A stretch of DNA of 64,000 nt from Candidatus Jorgensenbacteria bacterium (GTDB taxonomy: Bacteria > Patescibacteriota > Minisyncoccia > UBA6257 > GWB1-50-10): contig JAZDFV010000001.1 of NCBI GenBank assembly GCA_043807585.1, forward strand, positions 46,590-110,589. Direction: 5' to 3'. Numbering within the stretch: the first letter of the stretch is position 1; each line of letters starts with the position of its first letter. This document shows positions 17,834-26,498 of the stretch, in pieces. Below the pieces are notes generated by a model. It had not been told where the DNA came from, did not search any database, and worked only from the letters and a program-made list of their open reading frames with translations. The position numbers and the translations under genes were made by a program.

Positions 17834-18274
17834 TTACGGAGGAGAGCAACTCCAGTCCCAGGTGTTGCAGATTTGGCCTGGTGGGCAGTAGACAGTGCCG
17901 CATAGTACTCCGGTGGGCGTTGTGAAAAACACCTGCGTGAGGTACACGATGCCGGTGGCGAGGATGGCCACCGCAAGCGCCACCACGGCGTAGATGATGT
18001 AGTTCTTTGCCTCCTTCACCTTCTCCTCATCTCCCCCGGATGTGAGGAAAAGGAAGGCCGCATAGACGATGAAAACCACAGCGAGGGCGAGGATGATGCC
18101 CCAGAACCACCCGCCCAGTTTCACGAGGAGCGCCACCACCGCATCGATTGGTGATGCGCTTGTTGATACGACCGACGTAGGCGGCGCGTTGGTGACCACA
18201 GCGCTTGCGAGGAGAGGGAGGAGCGCGGCCACTCCTATCGCTACCCATACCGACCTCGGCGTTTGCATGTGCAT
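17834..18274 (-). CDS. pilin-like small protein P2, with a Cys-rich C-terminal tail
   Basis: Core FLFLTSGGDEEKVKEAKNYIIYAVVALAVAILATGIV. Tail CGTVYCPPGQICNTWDWSCSPP. Confidence 0.6.
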   Translation of the reverse strand: MHMQTPRSVWVAIGVAALLPLLASAVVTNAPPTSVVSTSASPIDAVVALLVKLGGWFWGIILALAVVFIVYAAFLFLTSGGDEEKVKEAKNYIIYAVVALAVAILATGIVYLTQVFFTTPTGVLCGTVYCPPGQICNTWDWSCSPP

Positions 18275-18370
18275 ATTATAAGTGAAACAAAACCTCCCCG
18301 GTTACTTTCCCATTGTACCACAGCGTGTGGGGATGGGAAGCTCCAGGGGAGGTTTTTACGCTCCATGGTT

Positions 18371-18721
18371 TTAGATCGTCTGCCCGAAGAATACAGTCGT
18401 TACTACATACACGATACCTCTTGCGAGAACGCCAATTGCAATCGCGATGATGGCGTAGACAAGGTAGTTTTTCGCCGCCTTCACCTTTTCCTCATCGCCA
18501 CCGGAGGTGAGGTAAAGGAATGCTGAGTAGAGGATAAAGAGGACCGCGACGGCAACGAGGATGCCGAAGAACCAGTTCCCGATTTTTGTGATGAGAGCAG
18601 TGATGTCGGCGTAGCTGCTTATATTTTGTGCCAGAGTCGGCGGCTGCGCGCCCGCGAAGAGCGGTAGAGCCAAAGCCCCAACCATGGCAATTCCCGCGCC
18701 GATCTTCATAATTGATTTCAT
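18371..18721 (-). CDS. pilin-like small protein P3
   Basis: Core FLYLTSGGDEEKVKAAKNYLVYAIIAIAIGVLARGIV. N-terminal signal peptide. Confidence 0.6.
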   Translation of the reverse strand: MKSIMKIGAGIAMVGALALPLFAGAQPPTLAQNISSYADITALITKIGNWFFGILVAVAVLFILYSAFLYLTSGGDEEKVKAAKNYLVYAIIAIAIGVLARGIVYVVTTVFFGQTI

Positions 18722-18884
18722 TTTTTATTTTGATTCATTTTTAGGACCCGACCTTTCCGGGTAGTAGAACTTCGACTTGTTTTATATCCGTTCGCTCCGC
18801 GAACCAGTCGAAGTTTCACTACCCGGTTTTATTGTGTCTTTTTATTAGTGTTATTGGTGGTTTCCATTTGTGTACATTCGTGGT

Positions 18885-19286
18885 TTAAGGAGGGTTCGTA
18901 GTGAGCAATTTCTCAATAATAGACACCAATCCCCATCCGACGAAGATGATACCATAGCCCACCACCGCGTACAAGATGGTCTTCCGCCCCGTGCCGAATT
19001 TCTCCGGGTTGCCGCCCGCGAAGAGCATCTGGAACGCGCCGTAGATGATCATGACCGCCGCGATTGGCGCCGCCACAAGCACGAGCCAGTCCACGATGCG
19101 GCGCGCGAGCGTTTCCACGGTCGCGGTAGTGCCGAGGGGGTTAGGGAGGCAAATCCGCCCCGCGGGGCATTCAGCGATATCCCCGATTCCCTGGGTAGTT
19201 GCTGGGAAGAGCAACACGAGCGTTAGGCTGGTTACGATCGTGACAAGTGCCAAGGAAAAGTATCTCATGGTTGCTGACAATTCCAT
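18885..19286 (-). CDS. pilin-like small protein P4
   Basis: ORF 18885..19628 trimmed to Met MELSATMRYF; its ATG overlaps the stop of P5 (TAATG). Core AFQMLFAGGNPEKFGTGRKTILYAVVGYGIIFVGWGLV. Confidence 0.55.
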   Translation of the reverse strand: MELSATMRYFSLALVTIVTSLTLVLLFPATTQGIGDIAECPAGRICLPNPLGTTATVETLARRIVDWLVLVAAPIAAVMIIYGAFQMLFAGGNPEKFGTGRKTILYAVVGYGIIFVGWGLVSIIEKLLTTNPP

Positions 19287-19648
19287 TATATCACCGCGCA
19301 GGTCACCTGTGACCACGGGAGACCGGGATTCCCCGAGAGGAGCTGGAGAAGCTCGTTTATGAAAAGCCACGCGACGAGCGCAATGACGAGGCCAGTGACC
19401 GCTGCGGTCATGGTTTTCCGGCCGCCGGATACACGCTCCTCCGAACCGCCGGAGGTCACAAGCTGGATCGCGCCCCAGACGATCATCCCTACCGCGATCA
19501 CGAAAGCGATCTGCCAGAGGAACTGGATGATGTTCGAGGTGACTACCAAGGCGTCGCAGAAATTGCATGGGCCGGTGGGGCCGCCGGTGGTGATGGCAGA
19601 GGAAGCTCCGCACCTTGCTCCCTCCCAAATGTTGGCAATGATAGACAT
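19286..19648 (-). CDS. pilin-like small protein P5
   Basis: Core AIQLVTSGGSEERVSGGRKTMTAAVTGLVIALVAWLFI. Cys-containing N-terminal region. Confidence 0.55.
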   Translation of the reverse strand: MSIIANIWEGARCGASSAITTGGPTGPCNFCDALVVTSNIIQFLWQIAFVIAVGMIVWGAIQLVTSGGSEERVSGGRKTMTAAVTGLVIALVAWLFINELLQLLSGNPGLPWSQVTCAVI

Positions 19649-19649
19649 T

Positions 19650-19810
19650 CTGTTAAACTCTAAATTCTAATATCTAAACTCTAAACAAATTCCAACAACA
19701 AATCTCAAATAACAAATAAATCTCAAATTCAAAACTGTTTCGGTCATCGGAACTTATTTGGAATTTGGTGCTTGGAATTTGGTGCTTGTTTAGGATTTAG
19801 GATTTCGTGT
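19650..19810. repeat. AT-rich palindromic intergenic element (CAAATTCCAA ... TTGGAATTTGGTGCTTGGAATTTGG, GGATTTC units), homologous to 33055-33170
   Basis: Shared core AATTCAAAACNGTTTCNGTCAT plus TTGGAATTTGG arms. Local GC is about 30%. Confidence 0.65.
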
Positions 19811-19872
19811 TTCGGATTTCACCTTGCTTTCACTCATTATACCTACTCCGTGATTTGCGGGCATCCGCAGAA

Positions 19873-21183
19873 TCAGTATCGCATCCGTGACATGATCTGG
19901 GTTACCTGCCCCGCGGCATCGCGGAGGATGGCGGTGATCTGGTCCGGGTGCCCTTGGGCCCTCGCGATCATGTCGGAGAAAACATCCCGGACCGCGTCGG
20001 GGTCCGCCTGCGGCCATGAGCGCGCGGTGAGCATCTGGTTCGCAAATGTGCCGAGCTCGGGGTCGCTCTCAAATGACGATTTCAAGGCGAGGAGCGCGGG
20101 CGGGCGGCGGGTGGTGACGGCGTACTGCCGGGCACCGGACGCGTTCGTGGTGAGGTTCACAATGAACTGCCAGGCAAGGTCGGGTGCGCGGCTCTGGCGC
20201 GCCACCCCGTATCCCCAATAGCGTGGGTAAGCCACGGGAATTTTCGCGGCGCCCGATTGCGGCATTGGGGCAATGCGGTAATCGAGGAACGCGTTTTTGG
20301 CTCTCATCTCCGCAATGAATGAACTGTCCTTGAATATCATCGCGAGCCGCTCCGCAGCCCATAGGTTGTCCGCGGATGGGAGTGCGTCGTTCCACGTGTA
20401 GGCGCTGCTCCTCGGGTCCGCGAACTGTGCGTAGAAGCGGAGCGCCTGTGCTCCCTCGTTGGAGTCAAACGTCGCTCCAGCGAGGTCCGGCGACACCATT
20501 TTTGTCCCAGTTTGGAGCATAAGGAGCGAGAGTAGGTCAGCCGCCTCGCGCACTGTTTTTGCGGAACCACCGAGGGGAGCCGCTGCTTGTGTGATATTCC
20601 CCTTGCTGTCGATGGCCACGAACTTGGGCACAATCGTCTGGAATTCCTCCCATGTCGCTGGGGGGAGCGCCACGCCCGCGCGATCGAAGAGGTTTCGGTT
20701 GTAGAAGAGAGCGAGGGTGTCAACGGAGAGCGGGAGGCCGAAGATGGAGCCCTGTGGCGCAAAGTCCTGCTCCACTACTTTGGGGAAGAGCTGGCGCAGC
20801 TGTGTGAGGGTGAACCGAGCCGCTGGTGCTGGGAAAAGTTTTCCCGAGTCCCGGAGCACGTCGCGGTTTTCTACTGCGAAGATGTCAGGGCCTCGGCCCG
20901 CCGCGAGCGCGTCCAAGAGCGCCCGCCCGTACTCCCCTGTATCCATGAAGTTACGGTAGGTAACCGTGACGTTGGGGTAGATGGCCTTGAAGCTTTGGAT
21001 GGACGGGTCAATGGCCTCGCTGCGGTCCAGGCCCCACACCGTGAGGGCGCCGGTTACGCTTACCGGTCCAGTGCCTCCCCTCAAGCCCGGGAGTACGCCG
21101 GCGAGGACGAGCCCAAGGAGAACCACCACGAGGGCGACGACGCCGCCGATGATGAGTTGCGGTTTGGTGAGATTAACGGGCAT
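19873..21183 (-). CDS. extracellular solute-binding protein (ABC transporter SBP, family 1-like)
   Basis: 436 aa with an N-terminal TM anchor. LTVWGL ... GPDIF ... pattern typical of the SBP_bac_1 family. Confidence 0.7.
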   Translation of the reverse strand: MPVNLTKPQLIIGGVVALVVVLLGLVLAGVLPGLRGGTGPVSVTGALTVWGLDRSEAIDPSIQSFKAIYPNVTVTYRNFMDTGEYGRALLDALAAGRGPDIFAVENRDVLRDSGKLFPAPAARFTLTQLRQLFPKVVEQDFAPQGSIFGLPLSVDTLALFYNRNLFDRAGVALPPATWEEFQTIVPKFVAIDSKGNITQAAAPLGGSAKTVREAADLLSLLMLQTGTKMVSPDLAGATFDSNEGAQALRFYAQFADPRSSAYTWNDALPSADNLWAAERLAMIFKDSSFIAEMRAKNAFLDYRIAPMPQSGAAKIPVAYPRYWGYGVARQSRAPDLAWQFIVNLTTNASGARQYAVTTRRPPALLALKSSFESDPELGTFANQMLTARSWPQADPDAVRDVFSDMIARAQGHPDQITAILRDAAGQVTQIMSRMRY

Positions 21184-21184
21184 G

Positions 21185-21270
21185 GTCTTAGTGACAATAA
21201 CAATTACTATAACGATGACAATCTCCTCTCTTCACTTTTGTCATAGTTATCGTCATGGTCATAGTGGTTT
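21185..21270. repeat. AT-rich palindromic intergenic element (ATAACGATGAC / GTCATCGTTAT units); the same family sits inside gyrA at 21881-21951
   Basis: Inverted arrangement CTATAACGATGACAAT ... GTCATAGTTATCGTCATGGTCATAG. Confidence 0.6.
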
Positions 21271-21271
21271 G

Positions 21272-23809
21272 CTACAAGCAAACTATTCCTATCAATTTAT
21301 CTCCCTCGCCTAAGTCCATAATCCTTACCCCCTGTGTCGCGCGCCCGGCGACACGAATAGTGGCGAGTTTCGTCCGGAGCGCCTGGCCTTTTGATGAGAA
21401 CGCAAGCACCTCTTCTTCGTTTCCCTCAACGACCATCGCCGCGATCAGCGGCCCCGTCTTCCCGGTGACCTTTGCGGTGAGTATCCCTCCGCCCCCGCGC
21501 CGCTGCAGCTTGTACTCCTTCAAAGGCGTCTGCTTCGCAAAACCGTTTGCGGAGACCACCAGCAGCTTTGAGCTTTGAGCTTTGAGCTTTGAGTCCCCCA
21601 TTATTATATCAAGCCCCGCTACCGTGTCGCCTGGGCGGAGCCGCAGGCCCCTGATGCCGGCGGCGGCACGCCCCATCACCCGCACATCCTTCTCACGGAA
21701 GCGGATGGAGTGTCCTTTCGCGGTTGTGATGACGAGTTCATCGGAACCCGACGAGAGCTTGGCCCAGCGGAGAGCGTCCTTCCCTTTGAGCTTCAAAGCG
21801 ACAATGCCGTTCCGGCGCACGTTCACGAAATCCTTGAGTGCGGTCTTTTTAATGAGGCCTCCCGTGGTCGCCATCACCAAGTACAATGACTTTTGACGAT
21901 GACTATGACTTGATTTCTGCCGGTCATCGTTATGGTCATTGTCATAGTCGGTTGCGTGGAGCAGCCGCGCGTTTCCTTCCTCATAGCTCACCACCGCTGT
22001 GACGCGTTCCCCCGGCGGGATGGTGAGAAAATTTTGGACGAGTTTTCCCTTTGCGGTCCGCGCGGCCACCGGGATCTCATACGCCTTGGTTTGGAACACT
22101 TTTCCGCGGTCGGTGAAGAAGAGGACGTTCGCGTGGGTGGAAGCGGAGAGGATCTGGTGGATCTGGTCCTCATCCTTGAGCTCAAAGCCGATGGTTCCCT
22201 TCCCGCCGCGGCGCTGGGCGCGGAATGAGGTCGGGGGGAGCCGCTTGATATATCCGTCCTCGGTGAGGACGATAACCGCCTCTTCCTTGGCAATGAGATC
22301 CTCTTCGCGGAATTCCGTGAGGCCCGAAACCACCACACGCGTTTTCCGCGGACTCGGGAACCGCCCCTTGAGTTCCACCGCTTCTCCGAGGACCAGGTCC
22401 GTGATCTTCTTCGGGTGGGCGAGAATGGATTTGAATTCGGCGACGAGCTTTTGTTTTTCTTTGAGTTCCGCCTCCAGCTTCTCGCGCTCGAGCGCCGCAA
22501 GCGTCTGCAGTTTCATCTCCAGAATGGCGTTGGCCTGCACCTCGGTGAACGAGAATTGTTTTATAAGGTTCACTTTGGCGGCCTCGCGGTCCTTCGATTT
22601 CTTGATGGTGGCGATCACTTTATCGATAACGTCAAGCGCCTTCACGAGTCCCGCGAGAATGTGGGCGCGCTCCTCGGCTTTGCGGAGATCGAACCCGGTG
22701 CGGCGGCGGATGACGGTTGTGCGGTGCTCAAGGTACGCGGCGAGCACCTCTTTCAGGGAAAGCACCTGCGGCTGGATGCCATCCACGAGAGCGAGCATGT
22801 TGAAGTAAAAATTCTTCTGGAGCTCGGTGTACTCGTAGAGCTGGTTCAGGATCTTCTGTGGAGTCGCGTCGCTCTTGAGGTCTATCACAATGCGGAGCCC
22901 ATCTCGGTCGGATTCGTCGCGTAGGTCGCGAATACCCTCGATCTTCTTTTCCTGGACGAGCTCGGCAATCTTGGTCACGAGATCCGACTTGTTCACCTGG
23001 TAGGGAATTTCCGTCACCACGATCTGGAACGCGCCGCGCGACTGGGCGCGCTCCTGGATTTCAGCGACGCCGCGGATGGTGACGGAACCCTTGCCGGTGG
23101 CGTACGCTTCCCCCATCGCTTTCCGGTCGTAGATAACGCCGCCGGTGGGGAAATCGGGGCCGGGTATGAACTTCATAAGGTCGGCGGTGGAGGCGTCGGG
23201 GTGCGCGGCCAGGTAGGAGATGGCGTCCACGACCTCCCCGAGATTATGGGGCGGGATTGAGGTAGCCATGCCGACCGCGATTCCAACGGCGCCGTTCAGG
23301 AGTAGGTTGGGGAGCCGTGCGGGTAGGTATTTCGGCTCCACGCGCGTCGCATCGTAGTTCGGGATCCAGTCCACCGTGCCCTTTTCAATATCCATAAGGA
23401 GCTCCTCGGCAACCTTCGTGAGGCGCGCCTCCGTGTATCTCATAGCCGCCGGCGGATCCCCATCGAGTGAACCCCAGTTACCCTGGCCGTCCACGAGCGG
23501 ATAGCGAAGGGAAAAATCCTGCGCCATGCGTGCCATCGCATCGTAGACCGCCATGTCGCCGTGCGGGTGGTAGCGGCCCAAAACGGTGCCAACAACGTTT
23601 GCCGACTTCCGAAACTTCGTGTCGTGCGTGAGGCCGTCGTCCCACATGGCCCAGAGAATGCGCCGTTGCACCGGCTTCATGCCGTCTCTTACGTCCGGGA
23701 GGGCGCGCGAAACAATGACCGACATCGCGTAATCCAGGTACGATTCACGGAGCTCTTTGGTGATCTCCTGCGCTTCTATGCGATCGTATGCGTGGTTTTC
23801 TTTTTCCAT
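21272..23809 (-). CDS. gyrA: DNA gyrase subunit A
   Basis: [16 protein letters not shown], and [12 protein letters not shown] with the active-site Tyr region. C-terminal beta-pinwheel repeats. The 5-prime extension of the ORF (21272..24076) is rejected; start placed at MEKEN. Confidence 0.95.
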   Translation of the reverse strand: MEKENHAYDRIEAQEITKELRESYLDYAMSVIVSRALPDVRDGMKPVQRRILWAMWDDGLTHDTKFRKSANVVGTVLGRYHPHGDMAVYDAMARMAQDFSLRYPLVDGQGNWGSLDGDPPAAMRYTEARLTKVAEELLMDIEKGTVDWIPNYDATRVEPKYLPARLPNLLLNGAVGIAVGMATSIPPHNLGEVVDAISYLAAHPDASTADLMKFIPGPDFPTGGVIYDRKAMGEAYATGKGSVTIRGVAEIQERAQSRGAFQIVVTEIPYQVNKSDLVTKIAELVQEKKIEGIRDLRDESDRDGLRIVIDLKSDATPQKILNQLYEYTELQKNFYFNMLALVDGIQPQVLSLKEVLAAYLEHRTTVIRRRTGFDLRKAEERAHILAGLVKALDVIDKVIATIKKSKDREAAKVNLIKQFSFTEVQANAILEMKLQTLAALEREKLEAELKEKQKLVAEFKSILAHPKKITDLVLGEAVELKGRFPSPRKTRVVVSGLTEFREEDLIAKEEAVIVLTEDGYIKRLPPTSFRAQRRGGKGTIGFELKDEDQIHQILSASTHANVLFFTDRGKVFQTKAYEIPVAARTAKGKLVQNFLTIPPGERVTAVVSYEEGNARLLHATDYDNDHNDDRQKSSHSHRQKSLYLVMATTGGLIKKTALKDFVNVRRNGIVALKLKGKDALRWAKLSSGSDELVITTAKGHSIRFREKDVRVMGRAAAGIRGLRLRPGDTVAGLDIIMGDSKLKAQSSKLLVVSANGFAKQTPLKEYKLQRRGGGGILTAKVTGKTGPLIAAMVVEGNEEEVLAFSSKGQALRTKLATIRVAGRATQGVRIMDLGEGDKLIGIVCL
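21564..21591. repeat. (AGCTTTG)x4 heptamer tandem repeat embedded in gyrA
   Basis: Four perfect copies. The ORF reads through. Confidence 0.8.
21881..21951. repeat. AT-rich palindromic insertion in gyrA (GACGATGACTATGAC ... GTCATTGTCATAGTC), same family as 21185-21270
   Basis: Encodes [21 protein letters not shown] in-frame. Confidence 0.7.
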
Positions 23810-23816
23810 GATTGGG

Positions 23817-24299
23817 TTATTGCCCCTCTCCCTTCGCTGGCGCCTGCGGGAGCAAGACTGGCGGCACCGTTTGGAGATCAGGCGGCATGGATGAGGAAGC
23901 GGAGGATGTGGCGGCGGCATTTTCCCCTCCGAGAGTGAATTGGTTCTCGCGCTCCACGGTTTCCCGGAGGGAACGGAACGTTTGAGTGGTTTCTTCCTTC
24001 GCGCGTTCCCACTCTCGGGCGATGTCATCCGAGATCGCCGAAAATCCCCTCCCGAGCGTTTTCCCGAATGTATCACCTGCAGATTTCTCTGGAATTGGGG
24101 GTGGGCTCTCGCTCTGCGCTGTGGAAGGCAGAGTAATGTTCAAATAGACCACCCAGAGCACTACGACCACTACCATGGTCGTTACTGAGGCCGCCGTGAG
24201 CCAGCGTTTTCTGCTGGACTCTGGGGCGCGCTGGATCCGCCCGAGGCGAACTCTAAGGCGCGCGCGTAATGTTTCCAGTTTAGGTCCGATGGGAGACAT
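23817..24299 (-). CDS. small membrane protein upstream of gyrA, hypothetical
   Basis: ORF 23817..24341 trimmed so it does not overlap the preceding gene. TM helix [17 protein letters not shown]. Confidence 0.45.
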   Translation of the reverse strand: MSPIGPKLETLRARLRVRLGRIQRAPESSRKRWLTAASVTTMVVVVVLWVVYLNITLPSTAQSESPPPIPEKSAGDTFGKTLGRGFSAISDDIAREWERAKEETTQTFRSLRETVERENQFTLGGENAAATSSASSSMPPDLQTVPPVLLPQAPAKGEGQ

Positions 24300-24300
24300 G

Positions 24301-24894
24301 TTATATGGAGAGGCAGTGGACCGCCATTGCTTTGGGAACAATGTCCTTCTTCTTCACGGTGAGCTTTTCTTCGGCGGGACATTTCCCATGCCCGAGCTCT
24401 TTGAGGAACGGCCCCAGATCCTTGGCGAGGGTGGGGACGATGATGCCGGGTTCGAGCTGGCGCACTATTTTTGCGGCGGTGCTCTGCGTGATGAGGGGTT
24501 TCCCGCCGCCGGGGACAAAAAGGATATCGAGATCGGCGAGCTCGGCGAGCGCCTTCACCTCCGGTTCCCGCATGAGGAATCCGAGGATGCCGATGGTGAT
24601 GTTGTCCAGGGTGACGCGGTAGGCAGTGTGCGCCCGCCCTCCTTCTTCACCCATGGGAATGCCGCGTACCTCAACGCCGCTCACCTCGTACTCGCCGGCG
24701 TGGTCGATCCAGAGCGGTTCGCGCATTTCAAGAAGTTCCCCGTTCGCTTTTCCCGCCTCAAGGACGGGTGGGAGAACGGTATGGAGCACAAGTTGCGCCC
24801 CCTTGAAGGAGCGCTGGTCGGTTGGATCCACAAGCGCCGTGAAACCCCCGGACTGTATTTTTACGTAGTTGCCGCCGTGGTAGGTGATGACCAT
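24301..24894 (-). CDS. metallo-beta-lactamase-fold hydrolase (Lactamase_B_3-like)
   Basis: MVITYHGGNYVKIQSGGFTALVDP ... DLDILFVPGGG pattern. Confidence 0.7.
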   Translation of the reverse strand: MVITYHGGNYVKIQSGGFTALVDPTDQRSFKGAQLVLHTVLPPVLEAGKANGELLEMREPLWIDHAGEYEVSGVEVRGIPMGEEGGRAHTAYRVTLDNITIGILGFLMREPEVKALAELADLDILFVPGGGKPLITQSTAAKIVRQLEPGIIVPTLAKDLGPFLKELGHGKCPAEEKLTVKKKDIVPKAMAVHCLSI

Positions 24895-24956
24895 GCCGAT
24901 TATGTACGAATTTTCGAGTCCGCAGACGAAGAAAATTCGTCTACAAAATCGAGCAC

Positions 24957-25060
24957 CCCGTTAGATGCGGACAAACACATTCGGAGTGGTTCGACGATTG
25001 TTATCCATAATGCTCTATTTTTGTATTGAAATTTCATGTTGTTACCGCTATCTAACGGGG
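24957..25060. mobile_element. MITE-like element, inverted-repeat termini CCCCGTTAGATGCGG / CCGCTATCTAACGGGG
   Basis: AT-rich interior. Member of the CCCGTTAGA family. Confidence 0.55.
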
Positions 25061-25148
25061 TAAGGTTTTGTTATTAGTATTTGCGCGCCTTTGGCTTCAA
25101 ATACTAAACAAAGCCCTTACATTTTATCGCATTTTTCGATTGTTTTCA

Positions 25149-25273
25149 ATCCCGTTAGAAGCAATTTAAACAATGAATTGGTTTCTAAATTACCCAAAAG
25201 AAACGAGAAAAAAGAAACGAGTAAAAATCTGCATTTGTTACGGTCGCATGTGGCGACCTGCTTCTAACGGGAT
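25149..25273. mobile_element. MITE-like element, inverted-repeat termini ATCCCGTTAGAAGCA / TGCTTCTAACGGGAT, with the internal hairpin TTACGGTCGCatgtgGCGACCTG
   Basis: Perfect 15-bp termini. Tandem to the copy at 24957. Confidence 0.6.
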
Positions 25274-25377
25274 CAATCGCGCGGTGGCTAAAATTTGACG
25301 TCCGCGCCCAACACAAGGTATGCTCAGCTGACCAAGTGACATAAGTAAACAGCTGACCAAGTGACTAATTAACCAGT

Positions 25378-26460
25378 ATGGTTACCAAATCGCCCAACAC
25401 ATTACTAACACAGCTCATAAAAAACGAGCCGGCGGCTTTTGCGCTTTTGAAACCCGGTGATCTCGTGGAAGGGGCCGTGCTCGAGAAGGGTGCCCGGCGT
25501 CTCCTCATAGACCTCGGGAAGTTCGGCGTTGGCGCCGTCTACCGTGGCGAGCTTCTCGCGGCGCGCGAGGTGGTCCGGAACCTGAAACCTGGGGACCAAG
25601 CGCACGCGAAAGTAATGGTAGTGGATAACGAGGAGGGATTCGTGGAGCTTTCCCTCGCAGAGGCGGGCCGCCAGAAAGCGTGGGCGGCGGTACTCGAGCT
25701 CCAGGAGAAAGGAGAGCCGTTCTCGGTCAAGATCACGGGTTGCAACCGCGGGGGAGTGACCGCGGAAGTGTGCGGTCTCCCCGCGTTCCTCCCTGTCTCA
25801 CAGCTTGGTGGCGAGCATTATCCGAAAGTGTCGCCAGAGGAGCGTGGGGAACTCGGTGCCGCGCTCCAGAAACTTGTGGGAGAAGAAATTACCGTGAAGA
25901 TCCTTGATGCGAACCCCCGCACTGAAAAACTCATTCTCTCGGAGCGGGAGGCGATGGAGATTTCCACACGGGAGCTCGTGAAGAACTACGCGGTGGGGCA
26001 GGTGGTGGAGGGCATCGTCTCTGGGGTGGCGGACTTCGGGGTCTTCGCGCGGTTCACCGACAATCCGGCCGTGGAGGGCCTGATCCACATCTCCGAACTC
26101 TCGCACCAAACAGTGGGGAATCCGAAGGAGGTGGTGAAGGTGGACGACGTGGTGAAGGTGAAGATCACCGACATCAAGGACGGACGCATCTCTCTTTCAT
26201 TGAAAGCGCTCCAGGCGGATCCGTGGGAGGCCGCCGCGGAGCGGTTCGCGGTGGGGCAGGAGGTCACTGGTACGGTCTACAATTTCAACCCGTTCGGCGC
26301 CATCGTCGCCGTGGGAGATCTCCAGGGGCAGCTCCACGTGACCGGTTTCGGGAGCATGGAGGATATGAAGAAGAAAGTGGCGCTGGGAGAGTCCTACTCC
26401 TTCGTGGTGCAGGACGTGAAACCGGCGGAGCGGCGACTGGTGCTGAAATTGAAGGAGTAA
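25378..26460 (+). CDS. S1 RNA-binding domain protein (ribosomal protein S1-like, about four S1 repeats)
   Basis: Repeated GxxVxGxV ... G(F/L)(V/I)H(I/V)SE S1 signatures. A candidate promoter TTGACG-18-TATGCT lies upstream. Confidence 0.8.
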   Translation: MVTKSPNTLLTQLIKNEPAAFALLKPGDLVEGAVLEKGARRLLIDLGKFGVGAVYRGELLAAREVVRNLKPGDQAHAKVMVVDNEEGFVELSLAEAGRQKAWAAVLELQEKGEPFSVKITGCNRGGVTAEVCGLPAFLPVSQLGGEHYPKVSPEERGELGAALQKLVGEEITVKILDANPRTEKLILSEREAMEISTRELVKNYAVGQVVEGIVSGVADFGVFARFTDNPAVEGLIHISELSHQTVGNPKEVVKVDDVVKVKITDIKDGRISLSLKALQADPWEAAAERFAVGQEVTGTVYNFNPFGAIVAVGDLQGQLHVTGFGSMEDMKKKVALGESYSFVVQDVKPAERRLVLKLKE

Positions 26461-26498
26461 TACCTCACTTTTTCGTATATAGTAGTGTTGCTAACCAT

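Noticed and set aside
21272-24076. 934-aa ORF as full-length gyrA
   Set aside because: The first 89 codons are Arg/Pro/Ser-rich with no GyrA similarity, and they overlap the upstream small gene. The conserved GyrA N-terminus begins at [16 protein letters not shown], so the start is placed at 23809.
26223-26498. 5-prime extension of ftsH overlapping the S1-domain gene
   Set aside because: The extension is Gly/Arg-rich high-GC read-through overlapping a real gene in another frame. FtsH starts at MKQLTQR (26499), immediately before its first TM helix.
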